Positions 9,036 to 18,789 are shown, counted from the first letter of the stretch. The stretch: DNA of 34,271 bases from Nitrospinota bacterium (GCA_046581755.1 JAYGFR010000203.1:1-34271); one strand, 5' to 3'. Translations and numbers: made by a program. Notes: generated by a model from the letters alone, not told the origin.

Positions 9036-9065
9036 AATAAAAAGGGCCGGCCCGAAGGCCGGCCC
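9036..9065 (-). terminator. Rho-independent terminator of nfuA
   Basis: Minus strand reads GGGCCGGCC-TTCG-GGCCGGCCC-TTTTTATT: 9-bp stem, UUCG loop, U tract. Confidence 0.9.
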
Positions 9066-9084
9066 AAGCCGTGAAGGTCCGGAA

Positions 9085-9633
9085 TTATTTCTTGGTCTGC
9101 TCGTAGTAGGGGTTCTGGCCCGAGGCATGGTCGGTGGTGTCCACCACTTCGAGTTCGGGGTCGAGCTGTTTGAGACGCGCCTCGACGCCGGATTTGAGGG
9201 TAACGTCGGCCATGCCACAGCCGGCGCATCCGCCGCCCATCTGGATGAAGACCCGCTTCCCCTCCACATCGAGAATATTGATGACGCCGCCGTGAGAGGC
9301 CACCGCCGGGTTGATCTCGTTGTCGATAATCTCCTGAAGCTGTTTGAGAAGAGACTCCTCGCCCTCCACGCGGGCACGCGTAATCTTGAAGCCGCTCGTG
9401 GGACCTTCGCTGATGAAGTCGATCTCGGCCACCTCGGCGCGGGAGAGGTGCTCCACGGGCGCGAATATGCCGATATCGTCGTGTGGGATCTTTTCAAAAT
9501 TACCGGCGTCCTCCTCCTTCACCAGATCGAGCTTGTATCCGCCTTCAAAGCTGACGAGGATGCCAGCGAACTCGCCGCCATGCTGCTCCATGATTTCCTT
9601 CACCTTGCTTATCGCACCCTCGGTGATTTTCAT
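9085..9633 (-). CDS. nfuA: Fe-S cluster carrier NfuA-like (degenerate A-type domain plus NifU-C domain)
   Basis: EINPAVASHGG, MGGGCAGCG (CxxC), VTLKSGVE and DHASGQNPYY motifs. Confidence 0.88.
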   Translation of the reverse strand: MKITEGAISKVKEIMEQHGGEFAGILVSFEGGYKLDLVKEEDAGNFEKIPHDDIGIFAPVEHLSRAEVAEIDFISEGPTSGFKITRARVEGEESLLKQLQEIIDNEINPAVASHGGVINILDVEGKRVFIQMGGGCAGCGMADVTLKSGVEARLKQLDPELEVVDTTDHASGQNPYYEQTKK

Positions 9634-9812
9634 TTAAGTAGCTCCAGGAAATGGGTCGATGACCGGCCAAAATGGCCCGGCGAATAATCAGACTAAATTC
9701 ATCCAAAATAATATCACGCTCCCCCAAAAAGGCAATCAGAAGGGGGACGCTTCCAGGGCCGCTCGCCGGGGCCGCGAGTAAGCGCCTAACTCGTTCATTA
9801 TCAATTAACTGC

Positions 9813-10181
9813 TTACCCCCCCTCCCCCAGCTGGCGGCCGATGCGCCGCAAGAGCTCGGCCACCTCGAAGGGTTTGACGATGAAATCCTTGGCGCCGGCC
9901 CCCACACATTTGCGCACCGTTTAGGGATCTCCCTTGACGGTCAGCATGATGGTGGGCGGGAGCGAAGGCATGGTTGTCTTGAGGTGCGTCAAAACCTCAA
10001 GACCCGTCAATTTTGGCATGTCGTAGTCCAGAACGATCAGGTCGAAGGCGTGATTCCGGGTCAGATCACAGGCCCGCTCCCCGTCGACCGCCGTTATGAC
10101 TTCGTGTCCTTGGGCCAAAAGCGCGTCCACGACCAGCGGCAGGAGCATTTCATCGTCATCGGCGAGCAGGATAAGCGCCAC
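9813..10181 (-). pseudogene. Single-domain response regulator (receiver) with an in-frame TAA at codon 87
   Basis: ILLADDDE...DLIVLDYDMP...IMLT, then TAA (9921-9923), then in-frame TVRKCVGAGAKDFIVKPFEVAELLRRI up to the stop at 9813. Confidence 0.85.
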
Positions 10182-10195
10182 CTCGGCACCTCTCT

Positions 10196-11272
10196 TTAAA
10201 GGCCGGAATCCGGGTTCGGCTCGACAACGACCTTGAGCGCCCCGCCGGTGCGGTTCCGAAAGGTTTCCATGGCGGCGGTAAACTCGGTCAGCGGGAACCG
10301 GTGGGTCACGAGCTCGGCCAGCCGGAGCGCTCCGCTCTCGGTGAGCGCGAGGACCTCGGGAAGGCAGTTCGGCGCGGCACGCGAGCCCACGACCTCGATC
10401 TCATCGAGAACGAACCGCCGGAGGGGCAGGGGCGCATCCTCCTGGGTGATCCCGCCCACGACGACGCGCCCGCCCTTTTTGATCATCTCTACGGCCTGGA
10501 CGATGGTCCCGGCCGTTCCTGCGCATTCCAGCACAACGTCGGGCCCGATGCCGCCGGTGGCCTCCTTGACGTATTCCATCACGTCCCGCGCGTTCACGTC
10601 CACGGTCTCGTAGCCGAACTCTTTGGCCTTCTCGAGGCGGCTTCCCCGGCCGGCGACGATGACCCGGCCCGCGCCCAGGGCACTCGCGCACTGGTAGGCA
10701 ATCGAGCCGACCGCGCCGGGGCCGATGACGACCACCGTGTCGCCCGCCTCGATGTTTCCCCGCTTGGCGATGTGGAGGGCGATGCCCGCCGTGTCGAGCA
10801 GGGAGGCGGCCGGCATATCGAAGCTGTCCGGCAAATGGACGAGGGAGCGGACGTTGGCGTTGATGTACTGGGCATAGGCCCCCGGAGCGGTCATGCCGTA
10901 TTGCCGGTGGCCGGCCTCCATGTTCCCGTAATTGAGGCAGAGGTTGTAGCGCCCCTTCATGCAGTTGCGGCAAAGGCCGCAGCCGACGGCGGAGCTTCCG
11001 GCCACCCGGTCGCCGGGCGCGAAGGCCGAGACTCCCGGCCCCACCGCCTCGACCGTCCCCGCCCACTCGTGGCCAATGATGAACGGCCATTCCGGCGGCC
11101 ACATCGGGAAAAATTTTCCGGACATGATGCCGATATCCGTCCCGCAGATGGCGACCGCCCCGACGCGGCAAAGCGCCTCGGCCGGTCCGATTTCGGGAAC
11201 GGGTATATCATTCTGAAACTCGTATTCGTCCGGCCCGAGGAGGACAACCGCCTCCATGGTCTCTCCGGGCAT
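10196..11272 (-). CDS. Zn-dependent medium-chain alcohol/polyol dehydrogenase
   Basis: ICGTD, GHEWAG, CGLCRNC...C structural Zn site and GPGAVG; AGGAGG RBS. Confidence 0.92.
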   Translation of the reverse strand: MPGETMEAVVLLGPDEYEFQNDIPVPEIGPAEALCRVGAVAICGTDIGIMSGKFFPMWPPEWPFIIGHEWAGTVEAVGPGVSAFAPGDRVAGSSAVGCGLCRNCMKGRYNLCLNYGNMEAGHRQYGMTAPGAYAQYINANVRSLVHLPDSFDMPAASLLDTAGIALHIAKRGNIEAGDTVVVIGPGAVGSIAYQCASALGAGRVIVAGRGSRLEKAKEFGYETVDVNARDVMEYVKEATGGIGPDVVLECAGTAGTIVQAVEMIKKGGRVVVGGITQEDAPLPLRRFVLDEIEVVGSRAAPNCLPEVLALTESGALRLAELVTHRFPLTEFTAAMETFRNRTGGALKVVVEPNPDSGL

Positions 11273-11318
11273 TTCGGCCTCCTTCTCTTTCGGGCTCTTT
11301 CGGGCGAAACCCGCCTTC

Positions 11319-12176
11319 CTAAAGCGGTGTCCGCGCCAGAATATCCTCTTCCGTCACGTCGCCCATGTAAACGTAGCCCGTCTCCTCGACGCTTCCCGAG
11401 CCGATGTACATGCCCACCGCCTCGACGGGCTCAGTCTCACTCAGGTTGTGAAGCCAGTGCTCGACCCCCTTGGGGATGTAGTGAAAATGCCCGCCGCGCA
11501 CCTCGACGCGGTCGGGCCCCGCCCCGGCGAGGCCGTGGCCGCTGATGATGTAGTAAATTTCCTCGCAGTTGTCATGACGGTGTTTTTTGTGGACGGTGCC
11601 CGGGAAAAAGCGCGCCCGGAAGAGCGTGGTCGAGCTTCCGTTGTGGGTTCCGATGGGGATTCGGAAGTCGGTGATCGACCAGCCCTTCCCCTCGTCCATT
11701 TTCTCCTGGGGAACGTCGTCCAGATGAACGAGAATGCCCTCGCTGAAGCCCTCGCGCGGCATGGCGAGGTCTTCTTCGGTTACGTCGCCGCGGAACTGAT
11801 AACCCGAATCCTCGACGCTCCCCGCCCCGACGTAGAAGCCGACGACCAGCGCCTCCTCGTCCTTCGTTTCGTTGTGGAAAAAATGCTCCGCGCCCGCCGG
11901 CATGAGGCGGCAGTGCCCGGCCCGGACCTCGGCCCGCTCCGAGCCCTGGCCCACGACGCCGTTTCCGCTCAGGTAGACGGCGATCTCGTCGCAGTTCGTA
12001 TGAAGGTGTTTTTTGTGGGTGGAGCCGGGCCGGAAAATCGAATGAAACACGCAGGTCGAGCTTCCGCACGCCTTCGTGATCGGCAGGCGGAACTCCGAGA
12101 TCGCCCAGCCCTCGCCTTCGTTCATGTTCTCGAGTTTCACATCGTCGATATGGATAAGGGGATATTGAAGTGCCAT
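11319..12176 (-). CDS. Bicupin metalloprotein (paralog B)
   Basis: HKKHLHTNCDE...MPAGAEHFFHN and HKKHRHDNCEE...IPKGVEHWLHN. Confidence 0.88.
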   Translation of the reverse strand: MALQYPLIHIDDVKLENMNEGEGWAISEFRLPITKACGSSTCVFHSIFRPGSTHKKHLHTNCDEIAVYLSGNGVVGQGSERAEVRAGHCRLMPAGAEHFFHNETKDEEALVVGFYVGAGSVEDSGYQFRGDVTEEDLAMPREGFSEGILVHLDDVPQEKMDEGKGWSITDFRIPIGTHNGSSTTLFRARFFPGTVHKKHRHDNCEEIYYIISGHGLAGAGPDRVEVRGGHFHYIPKGVEHWLHNLSETEPVEAVGMYIGSGSVEETGYVYMGDVTEEDILARTPL

Positions 12177-12205
12177 CGCGAATTTCCTCTTATAAAAGAT
12201 GCGCT

Positions 12206-13078
12206 TTACAGCTTGCCCGTCCTCGGGGCGTTGATGTCTTCCTCCGTCACGGGGCCGTTATAGGCGAAGCCGCTCTCGTCCAGCCCGCCGACCCCGATGT
12301 ACCAGCCGGGAGCGACGAGGTCTTCGATATCGCTCAGGTTCGCAAGCCAATGCTCACACCCGGCGGGAATGTAGTGAACGTCCCCCTCGACCAGTTCGCC
12401 CCGGTCGGCGCCCACCCCCGCCAGCCCGCGTCCTTTGAGGATATAGCAGATCTCCTCGCAGCGATCGTGGCGGTGCTTCATGTGGACGGTATGAGGGCCG
12501 AAATAGCCCAGCATCCAGCATGAACCCGCACCGTGGCTCCGGTTCAGGGGCTCGCAAAAATAATCCTGCGTCCAGCCCTCATCCTTGGACACCTTCACCA
12601 TGGGAACGGCGTCCTGGTGAACCAGGGGATATTGGAGCCGGCCGGTATCGAGCGTGCGCGAGGCGTTCATGTCCTCCTCAGTCACCCCGCCCAGGTGAAC
12701 ACAGCCCGTGGCCCCGAGGCTGGGGGCGCGGTCGTATAGGCCGATGATAATGAGGGGATCGTTCCGGCTCAGGTTGACGAGCCAGTGCTCCACCCCCTTG
12801 GGGATTAGATGGTAGTGGCCTGGATGGACCTCCACCCGGTCCGGGCCCGCTCCGGCGAGGCCGTGCCCGCTGAGGATGTAATACTGCTCATCGCAGTTAT
12901 CGAGGCGGTGCCGATGGTGGACAGCGTTCGGCGCTAGGATCTGGTGGAACATGGTGGACGAGCAGCCCTGTTTTTCGTCGAGAACGACCCGGAACTCGCC
13001 CTCCGGCCAGCCCTTGCTCTCGTCCAACTTCTCCGGAGTCAGGCCGCCGATGCGAATGTATGGATGCTGAAATGCCAT
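12206..13078 (-). CDS. Bicupin metalloprotein (paralog A)
   Basis: HHRHRLDNCDE...IPKGVEHWLVN and HMKHRHDRCEE...IPAGCEHWLAN. Confidence 0.88.
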   Translation of the reverse strand: MAFQHPYIRIGGLTPEKLDESKGWPEGEFRVVLDEKQGCSSTMFHQILAPNAVHHRHRLDNCDEQYYILSGHGLAGAGPDRVEVHPGHYHLIPKGVEHWLVNLSRNDPLIIIGLYDRAPSLGATGCVHLGGVTEEDMNASRTLDTGRLQYPLVHQDAVPMVKVSKDEGWTQDYFCEPLNRSHGAGSCWMLGYFGPHTVHMKHRHDRCEEICYILKGRGLAGVGADRGELVEGDVHYIPAGCEHWLANLSDIEDLVAPGWYIGVGGLDESGFAYNGPVTEEDINAPRTGKL

Positions 13079-13090
13079 GGAAAATCCCCG

Positions 13091-13896
13091 CTAGTTGGAC
13101 GGCGTATCCTTCTGCTTCAGCGCTACGACTTTCTGAATCCACAGCGCGGCATCGGAGGCGGCGGCATCGGATGCCTCCCGGTGTCCCGAATCCACTTCGA
13201 TGAATTTATTCATCGGATGATCGGGAACCCAGGAAAAAGCGCCCCCATTCTTGAACCGCTCGTTCTTGGCAACCGCCATGAACAACGGGATGCCTTTTTT
13301 TATTTTCATCGCATTCAGTGACATCACCGCAGGCCCTTCGGGATCGAAGTAACTTACATAAATTCGAGCCGTCACGAATATATCCGCCGTTGTCCCCTGG
13401 TTTTTTCGGGAAACGTTCCGATTTCATCGCCTTTTCCCTCTTTCATCATGGCCTTCGCTCTTTTGACATCGGGCCAGAAGTTAAAATTTTCCGGCACATG
13501 ACCGGGAGCGATGCCGAGCACTCCACTTATACCGCCATGATATGCCGCGTACCCGATGGCCGCGTTGGCGCCGATGCTATGTCCTCCGACAAAGATATAT
13601 CTGGCGCCCGAATCGCGCAGGGACCGCACCGCTTTCTTAATCTCCAACAAGGCGTCCTGATAGGTCGCATCATATCCTCTCGACCCGGACCACGGCATTT
13701 CGGGCGACACGACTTGGTACCCCTCCAAAATCAATGCCCCAAGCAATTCGGTGATATTTCTGCCGGGATTTCTGCCCTTGCCGTGCATAAACACGACACC
13801 CACCTTCGACGCATCGATTTTGGGGCTGGAAGGGCCTCCCGCCGATATGGCTTTGCAACCGGCCAGGAACACAAAAATAAACAAACCGGCAACCAT
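13091..13896 (-). pseudogene. Alpha/beta-hydrolase lipoprotein split by a frameshift in an A6 run (13401-13406)
   Basis: The upstream part has lipobox FLAGC, VFMHGKG and nucleophile motif GHSIG. Adding one A gives FPEKNQGTTADIFVTARIYVSYFDPEGPAVM...DSGH, joining ORFs 13372..13953 and 13091..13375. Start codon uncertain. Confidence 0.75.
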
Positions 13897-14045
13897 TTCA
13901 TGCGAACCATAAGCCCTTCGCTTTCCATGTCCGCCAAGAATACACGCAAGCAAATCCGCCGCGGTGAATGGCGTTCAAACCCACCATCGCTCCTATTTAT
14001 AAAGGAGCGCCCGGAGACTTGTTTTCTATTTCGACGATTTCCTTT

Positions 14046-15077
14046 TTACTTCTCGCCGATCTGAATGACCCCGCGCAGGGTTCCGCCGTCGCCGCCGCTC
14101 TCGATGAACTCGAAGCTCTGCTGGATGTCGTCGAGCGGGAAATGATGGGTGACGATCGGTTCGAGATCGATCCGGCCCGATGCCACGAGAGCGATGGCGC
14201 GGCCGAAATCCTCGGCGAGGCCCGCGCGCGAGCCGATGACGGCGATGTCCTTGAAGTAGTAGGCCTGGGCGGGTATCCCTTCCACCGTAGATGGCCCGAT
14301 GCCGAACTGGAGAATCGTCCCGCCCGGACGGACCATCTCGTAGGCCTGGATCATGGTCTGGTTCGTGCCCGCCGTCTCGATCACCACGTCCGCTCCGAGC
14401 CCGCCGGTGAGTTCCTTGACCCGCGCGACCGAATCGGTATTGCCCGCCGGGACAATCTCGTCCGCCCCCATCTTCCGGGCCATCTCGAGCTTCCACTTGC
14501 TACGGGTGATGGCGATGACCCGGGCCGCGCCCGATACCTTTGCGAGCTGGGTGTGGAGCAGCCCGCTCGATCCCTGCCCGATGACAGCGACCGAACCGCC
14601 CGGGATATAGGGCGCCTTGCGCTGACTGTAGACCACCGTGTAGAGCCCGACGAAATTCGTCGCCGCGGCGAAGCCCACGTTGTCCGGAATCTTGTAGGCC
14701 TCGGTCTCCTTGACGCCGATGAGCTCGGCGAAGGTGCCGGGCACCTCTCGGCCGCGCAGGCCGCCGCTGAGGCAAAGATTCGTCAGCCCCCGCAGGCAGT
14801 AATGGCACACCCCGCAGGCCGTCACCGGGTTGAGCACCACACGGTCGCCCTCTTTGAGGCGCGTGACCCCTTCGCCCAGCGCGGCGACGACTCCTGTGCA
14901 CTCATGGCCGGGTATCACCGGAATATTCGCGGGCATTTTTCCGGCCCAGATGGAAACGTCCGTCCCGCAGATGGCCGAGGCCGCCACCTCGACCAGAACC
15001 TCGCCCGGCGCAACCTCCGGGTCCGGCTGCCCCCCCACCGTCATTTTACGGGGCGCTTCGAGCATAGCCGCTTTCAT
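14046..15077 (-). CDS. Zn-dependent medium-chain alcohol/polyol dehydrogenase
   Basis: ICGTD, PGHECTG, CGVCHYC...C and GQGSSG motifs. Confidence 0.92.
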   Translation of the reverse strand: MKAAMLEAPRKMTVGGQPDPEVAPGEVLVEVAASAICGTDVSIWAGKMPANIPVIPGHECTGVVAALGEGVTRLKEGDRVVLNPVTACGVCHYCLRGLTNLCLSGGLRGREVPGTFAELIGVKETEAYKIPDNVGFAAATNFVGLYTVVYSQRKAPYIPGGSVAVIGQGSSGLLHTQLAKVSGAARVIAITRSKWKLEMARKMGADEIVPAGNTDSVARVKELTGGLGADVVIETAGTNQTMIQAYEMVRPGGTILQFGIGPSTVEGIPAQAYYFKDIAVIGSRAGLAEDFGRAIALVASGRIDLEPIVTHHFPLDDIQQSFEFIESGGDGGTLRGVIQIGEK

Positions 15078-15197
15078 GAATCACTCCCGGTTTCATAGGT
15101 TCGATGGTCATGCAGGGGGGAGATAATACCGCCAATCGGGCCAAGACCCAAGGCGAGGAACGGCCGCATGACCCAGAAATAAAAAGCCGCCATCCCG

Positions 15198-15233
15198 ACA
15201 AAAACGGGGGCGGCCCGCGATGGACCGCCCCCG
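15198..15233 (-). terminator. Rho-independent terminator after the DRE-TIM gene
   Basis: Minus strand reads CGGGGGCGG-tccatcgcggg-CCGCCCCCG-TTTTTGT. Confidence 0.8.
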
Positions 15234-15260
15234 CTGAATTGGGCCGAATCGCCTGCCGCC

Positions 15261-16481
15261 TTACTTCTCCCCGGCGAGCTCCTTGAACTCATCCAGGGTG
15301 AGGAGGCGGCCCACTTCGAACGCCTTTTCCTTCACGTCGGTGAGGAGGGCCATCATCTCCTCCTGGGTGGCCTTGATGTTCAGCTCATCCAGGAACCAGG
15401 CGATCGAGTCGATGCCGCTGCCCTTGCCGATGACGGGTTTGGGCTCGGTCTGGCCGACGAGGCCCGCGCGGTAGGGCACGAGCTCGGTCGGGAAGTCCTT
15501 GCCGGCGTTCTTGAGCCAGCTCACGATGATGCCGCTCTCGATGTCGTAGAGTTTTTCGCCCACGATGCAGCGGTTGGGCGGCACGGCCACGTCCGCCAGG
15601 CCGGTGACGAGACGCGAGGTCTCGACGAATTTTTCGGTCTTGAGGCCCATGTCCACGTCGTACATGGTCTTCATGGCGAGTGCGAGCTCTTCATAGGCGC
15701 AGTTTCCGGCGCGCTCGCCGAGTCCGGTGACCGAGGTCTGGGCCACCTGGCAGCCCTCCGCCATCGCCATCAGGGTATTGGCGACGCCCATCCCGAAATC
15801 GTCGTGGAAATGGGGCTCGAATGGGGTGTCCGGGAAGACCTCGCGCATCTTCTTGATCAGGTGGGGCACCGTGTGGGGCGCGAGGCCGCCGAAGGTGTCC
15901 ACGATGGCGAGGGAGTCCATGTGCCCCTCGGTGGCGACCTTCTTGAGCATGTCGAGCACCCACTCGAGCGGGGCGCGCGAAAAGTCGATCGGGAAGAAGC
16001 AGACGTAAAGCCCGTTTTCCTTGGCGTACTGGGTCGCCTTGATCGATGTTTCGATGGCCTTGTTGAGGTCCCACTTGTAGGCGCGCTCGATGATGTGGGT
16101 CGAGCTGGGAACCTCCATGACGATCCCCTTGACGCCGGTATCGACCGATCGCTTTACGTCATCGACCATGCAGCGCGCGAAGCTGAAAACCTCGGTATCG
16201 GTGCCTTCGAGACGCTTGACGATCTCCTTGATGGCCTCCTCGTCCTGCTTTGAAACGACGGGCATGCCCGCTTCGATACGATGGATCCCCACCTCGGCCA
16301 GGGCCTCGGCGATGCGGATTTTGTCGTCCTTGGTGAAGAGGACGCCGGTCTGCTGCTCGCCGTCGCGTAGGGTGACGTCGTGTAGCTTGGGATTGGGATC
16401 GAAGTGGACCTGGTCCCGGACTTCCTTGTCGAAGTTCCAGGGGCTGGTGAACCACATATCGGTGTTCCAGGGCTCGCTCAT
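15261..16481 (-). CDS. DRE-TIM metallolyase (LeuA/homocitrate synthase/Re-citrate synthase-like), no LeuA regulatory domain
   Basis: HDVTLRDGEQ, IEAGMP, HFHDDFG, GLGERAGN and ESGI motifs. ATG 16481 with AAGGAG RBS; 406 aa. Confidence 0.88.
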   Translation of the reverse strand: MSEPWNTDMWFTSPWNFDKEVRDQVHFDPNPKLHDVTLRDGEQQTGVLFTKDDKIRIAEALAEVGIHRIEAGMPVVSKQDEEAIKEIVKRLEGTDTEVFSFARCMVDDVKRSVDTGVKGIVMEVPSSTHIIERAYKWDLNKAIETSIKATQYAKENGLYVCFFPIDFSRAPLEWVLDMLKKVATEGHMDSLAIVDTFGGLAPHTVPHLIKKMREVFPDTPFEPHFHDDFGMGVANTLMAMAEGCQVAQTSVTGLGERAGNCAYEELALAMKTMYDVDMGLKTEKFVETSRLVTGLADVAVPPNRCIVGEKLYDIESGIIVSWLKNAGKDFPTELVPYRAGLVGQTEPKPVIGKGSGIDSIAWFLDELNIKATQEEMMALLTDVKEKAFEVGRLLTLDEFKELAGEK

Positions 16482-16569
16482 TGCCCGATTCTCCTTTCGA
16501 AAAAGATATAAAGCCCCAGCGGCGCGAAGGCCCGAAGCCTCCCCGCCACCGGGGAAGGTATGACCCGGT

Positions 16570-17910
16570 TCACTCGTAACGCCCTTCGCCGCGCGACTTG
16601 TGCGAGAAGTCGAAGTAGGGCGAATCCTTGATGCAATCATCGTAGTGCTGCATGCCGGTGAAGATGATCGGACCGTCGGGGCCGACGAGGACATTCTCCT
16701 CGAGGCGAACGGTCTGCGGCAGACCCGGATGGCCGGCGAACGTCTCGATAGCGAAATACATGTTCTCTTTAATCTCGACCGGGTAGTCGAGGCTGTAGGC
16801 CCGGCTGATCCACATCCCCTCGTAGAGGTCGAGGCCGATGGAATGGGCGAACTGCTGGAGCGTCACCGTGCCGTACTTGTCGTCGGCATACACCGGGAAC
16901 TTCGAGGCGACGTCCTGGGTCGTTTTTCCCGGCTTGAGCTCGGCGAGGCCGGCGTACATCGAATCGTAGACCTCCCGGTAGAGCGCCTTTTCTTTCTTCG
17001 TCCAGTCGCCGCCGCACTTGAAACAGCGCACGTAATCGACGAAGTAGCCGCCGGGGCCGATGGCGTTGATGTCCACGATGATGAGGTCGCCGTCGCGGAT
17101 CATCTTGTCGGTGTGCCAGCGCCGGTAGGGGCTCGTATTTCCGCCCGAAGCCACGATGATGTCGTAGACGAAGTCGAAGCCCTCTTCATAGAGCAGGTTG
17201 TTCACCCAGGCCGTGAGGTCGCACTCGCGGATGCCGGGCTTGAGCCATTCGTGGCGGATTTTCCACATGCAGGTATCGCCGATTGTGGAGCTGATCTTGA
17301 GGCACTCGATCTCCTCGGGGGTCTTGATGACACGCGCTTCGCTCATGGCCGGCCAGGCATTGACCAGGTTCACGCCCTTTTCGGTGAACGCGCTGTATGC
17401 CTGGAAGTCCATGATGTCGATGCCGATGCGGCCGTCCAGAGCGACGCCGCCCTCTTTCAGGACCTCGATGACCGAATCGACCATGCGGTTGACCATCATC
17501 TGCTCGGCCGTCTCGGACCACTTCCAAGTGATCGCCGGGCGGATATTGCCCTCGAGCCAGGGCGCGTCGATGCGGGCGCACTCGTAGTCCGAGCCCGCCG
17601 TCTCGAAGAGCACGGGCGTCTTCGCGCCGCGGCAGAGGACGGCGTAGCGGATGAAGATGTTGTTCTTCCAGTTGCCCTGGTAGACCGAGCAGGTGTAGCG
17701 GATATTCTCGCCCTTGAACATGATGATGGCGTCCATGTCATGCTTTTCCATCATGTCCTTGGCGCGCTGGAGCCGGTCCTCGCGCATCCTGTTGAAATCC
17801 ACCCGGCGCTGCCAGTCGCTGCCCGTCTGGCTGAATACGCGGCGGGGAGACTGATAATGTTCCCGCTGCAAGAAATCCAGCGGCATTCCCTGTTTGCTGA
17901 GGTCCACCAT
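16570..17910 (-). CDS. M24 (aminopeptidase P/creatinase fold) metalloenzyme, DddP-like architecture
   Basis: ENIRY, ARVIKTPEEI, SGGNTSP, IVDIN...VDYVR, HSIG, IETF and RLEEN motifs; GGAGGAG RBS. Confidence 0.87.
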   Translation of the reverse strand: MVDLSKQGMPLDFLQREHYQSPRRVFSQTGSDWQRRVDFNRMREDRLQRAKDMMEKHDMDAIIMFKGENIRYTCSVYQGNWKNNIFIRYAVLCRGAKTPVLFETAGSDYECARIDAPWLEGNIRPAITWKWSETAEQMMVNRMVDSVIEVLKEGGVALDGRIGIDIMDFQAYSAFTEKGVNLVNAWPAMSEARVIKTPEEIECLKISSTIGDTCMWKIRHEWLKPGIRECDLTAWVNNLLYEEGFDFVYDIIVASGGNTSPYRRWHTDKMIRDGDLIIVDINAIGPGGYFVDYVRCFKCGGDWTKKEKALYREVYDSMYAGLAELKPGKTTQDVASKFPVYADDKYGTVTLQQFAHSIGLDLYEGMWISRAYSLDYPVEIKENMYFAIETFAGHPGLPQTVRLEENVLVGPDGPIIFTGMQHYDDCIKDSPYFDFSHKSRGEGRYE

Positions 17911-17997
17911 GGTGAACTCCTCCCGATTAGGATGTTGCGTCTCGCGCGAGGCGCGAAATATTCGCTCCTCACAATTCCGGATAAAATTTCTTCCGAT

Positions 17998-18789
17998 TTA
18001 TGCCGATTTCCTGGCCTTCTCTCCCGTTTTCGCCCGGCGGGAGGTCTTGCCCCCCCCGTTTCGGGAAGTCCCCCGGGCACCGGCGTCCAGGAGCGCATTC
18101 CGAAGATGCTCTCCCTCGGCGTCCATGTGCTCGCGCATCGCTCGGCGGGCGGCCTCGGCGTCCGCCGCATCGACAGCGGCGAGAAGGGCTTCGTGCTTGT
18201 CGAGGGCTTCCTCGGATTGACCCGGGATGCCGATGATGCGCCGCTGGCTTTTCTCGATGAGGCCCGCGATGGCCTCCCAGAGCGTCAGCAGAACGGTGTT
18301 CCCCGCCGCCTCGGCCAGCTTGCGGTGAAATCCGATCCCCGAGCGGACAAACGCCTCCGAAGAGGTTTTGAGAAGCCTCATCTCACCGGTCAGAGCGCGC
18401 AGCTCCCGGATGTCCTTCCCGCTCCGCCGGCAGGCGGCGAGGGACGCTATTTGCTCCTCCAGGCCCCGGCGCACCTCCCAGAGTTCGAGGAGGGTGTCGT
18501 CCCGGACGTCGAGGAGGAAAGAAAGGCTTTCGCGGATGGAAGCGAGATAGGGATCGACGCCGATGTTGCGGAGAAAAGCGCCCTGGCCGCTTCGAACCTC
18601 GATGAGCCCTGTGCTGTCGAGGGTGCGAAGCGCCTCGCGGACCGACGCCCGGCCGATGCCGAGGATGGCGGCCAGTTCGCGCTCGGAGGGAAGCCGGTCG
18701 CCCGGACAAAGCTCCTTCGTCCGGATAAGGTGCTCAATTTGGGCGACGACATCCTCGTAGAGGCGCGTACGTTTGACCGGGCGGAGCAA
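17998..18789 (-). CDS. GntR family regulator, FadR subfamily
   Basis: PGDRLPSERELA...RASVREAL wHTH and FCD domain (FHRKLAEAAGN...H). TTG start with AGGAGG RBS. Confidence 0.93.
   Translation of the reverse strand: MLRPVKRTRLYEDVVAQIEHLIRTKELCPGDRLPSERELAAILGIGRASVREALRTLDSTGLIEVRSGQGAFLRNIGVDPYLASIRESLSFLLDVRDDTLLELWEVRRGLEEQIASLAACRRSGKDIRELRALTGEMRLLKTSSEAFVRSGIGFHRKLAEAAGNTVLLTLWEAIAGLIEKSQRRIIGIPGQSEEALDKHEALLAAVDAADAEAARRAMREHMDAEGEHLRNALLDAGARGTSRNGGGKTSRRAKTGEKARKSA

Noticed and set aside
9921..9923. Stop-codon recoding (selenocysteine, pyrrolysine or alternative code)
   Set aside because: The codon is TAA, which terminates other genes normally in this window; Sec and Pyl use TGA and TAG.
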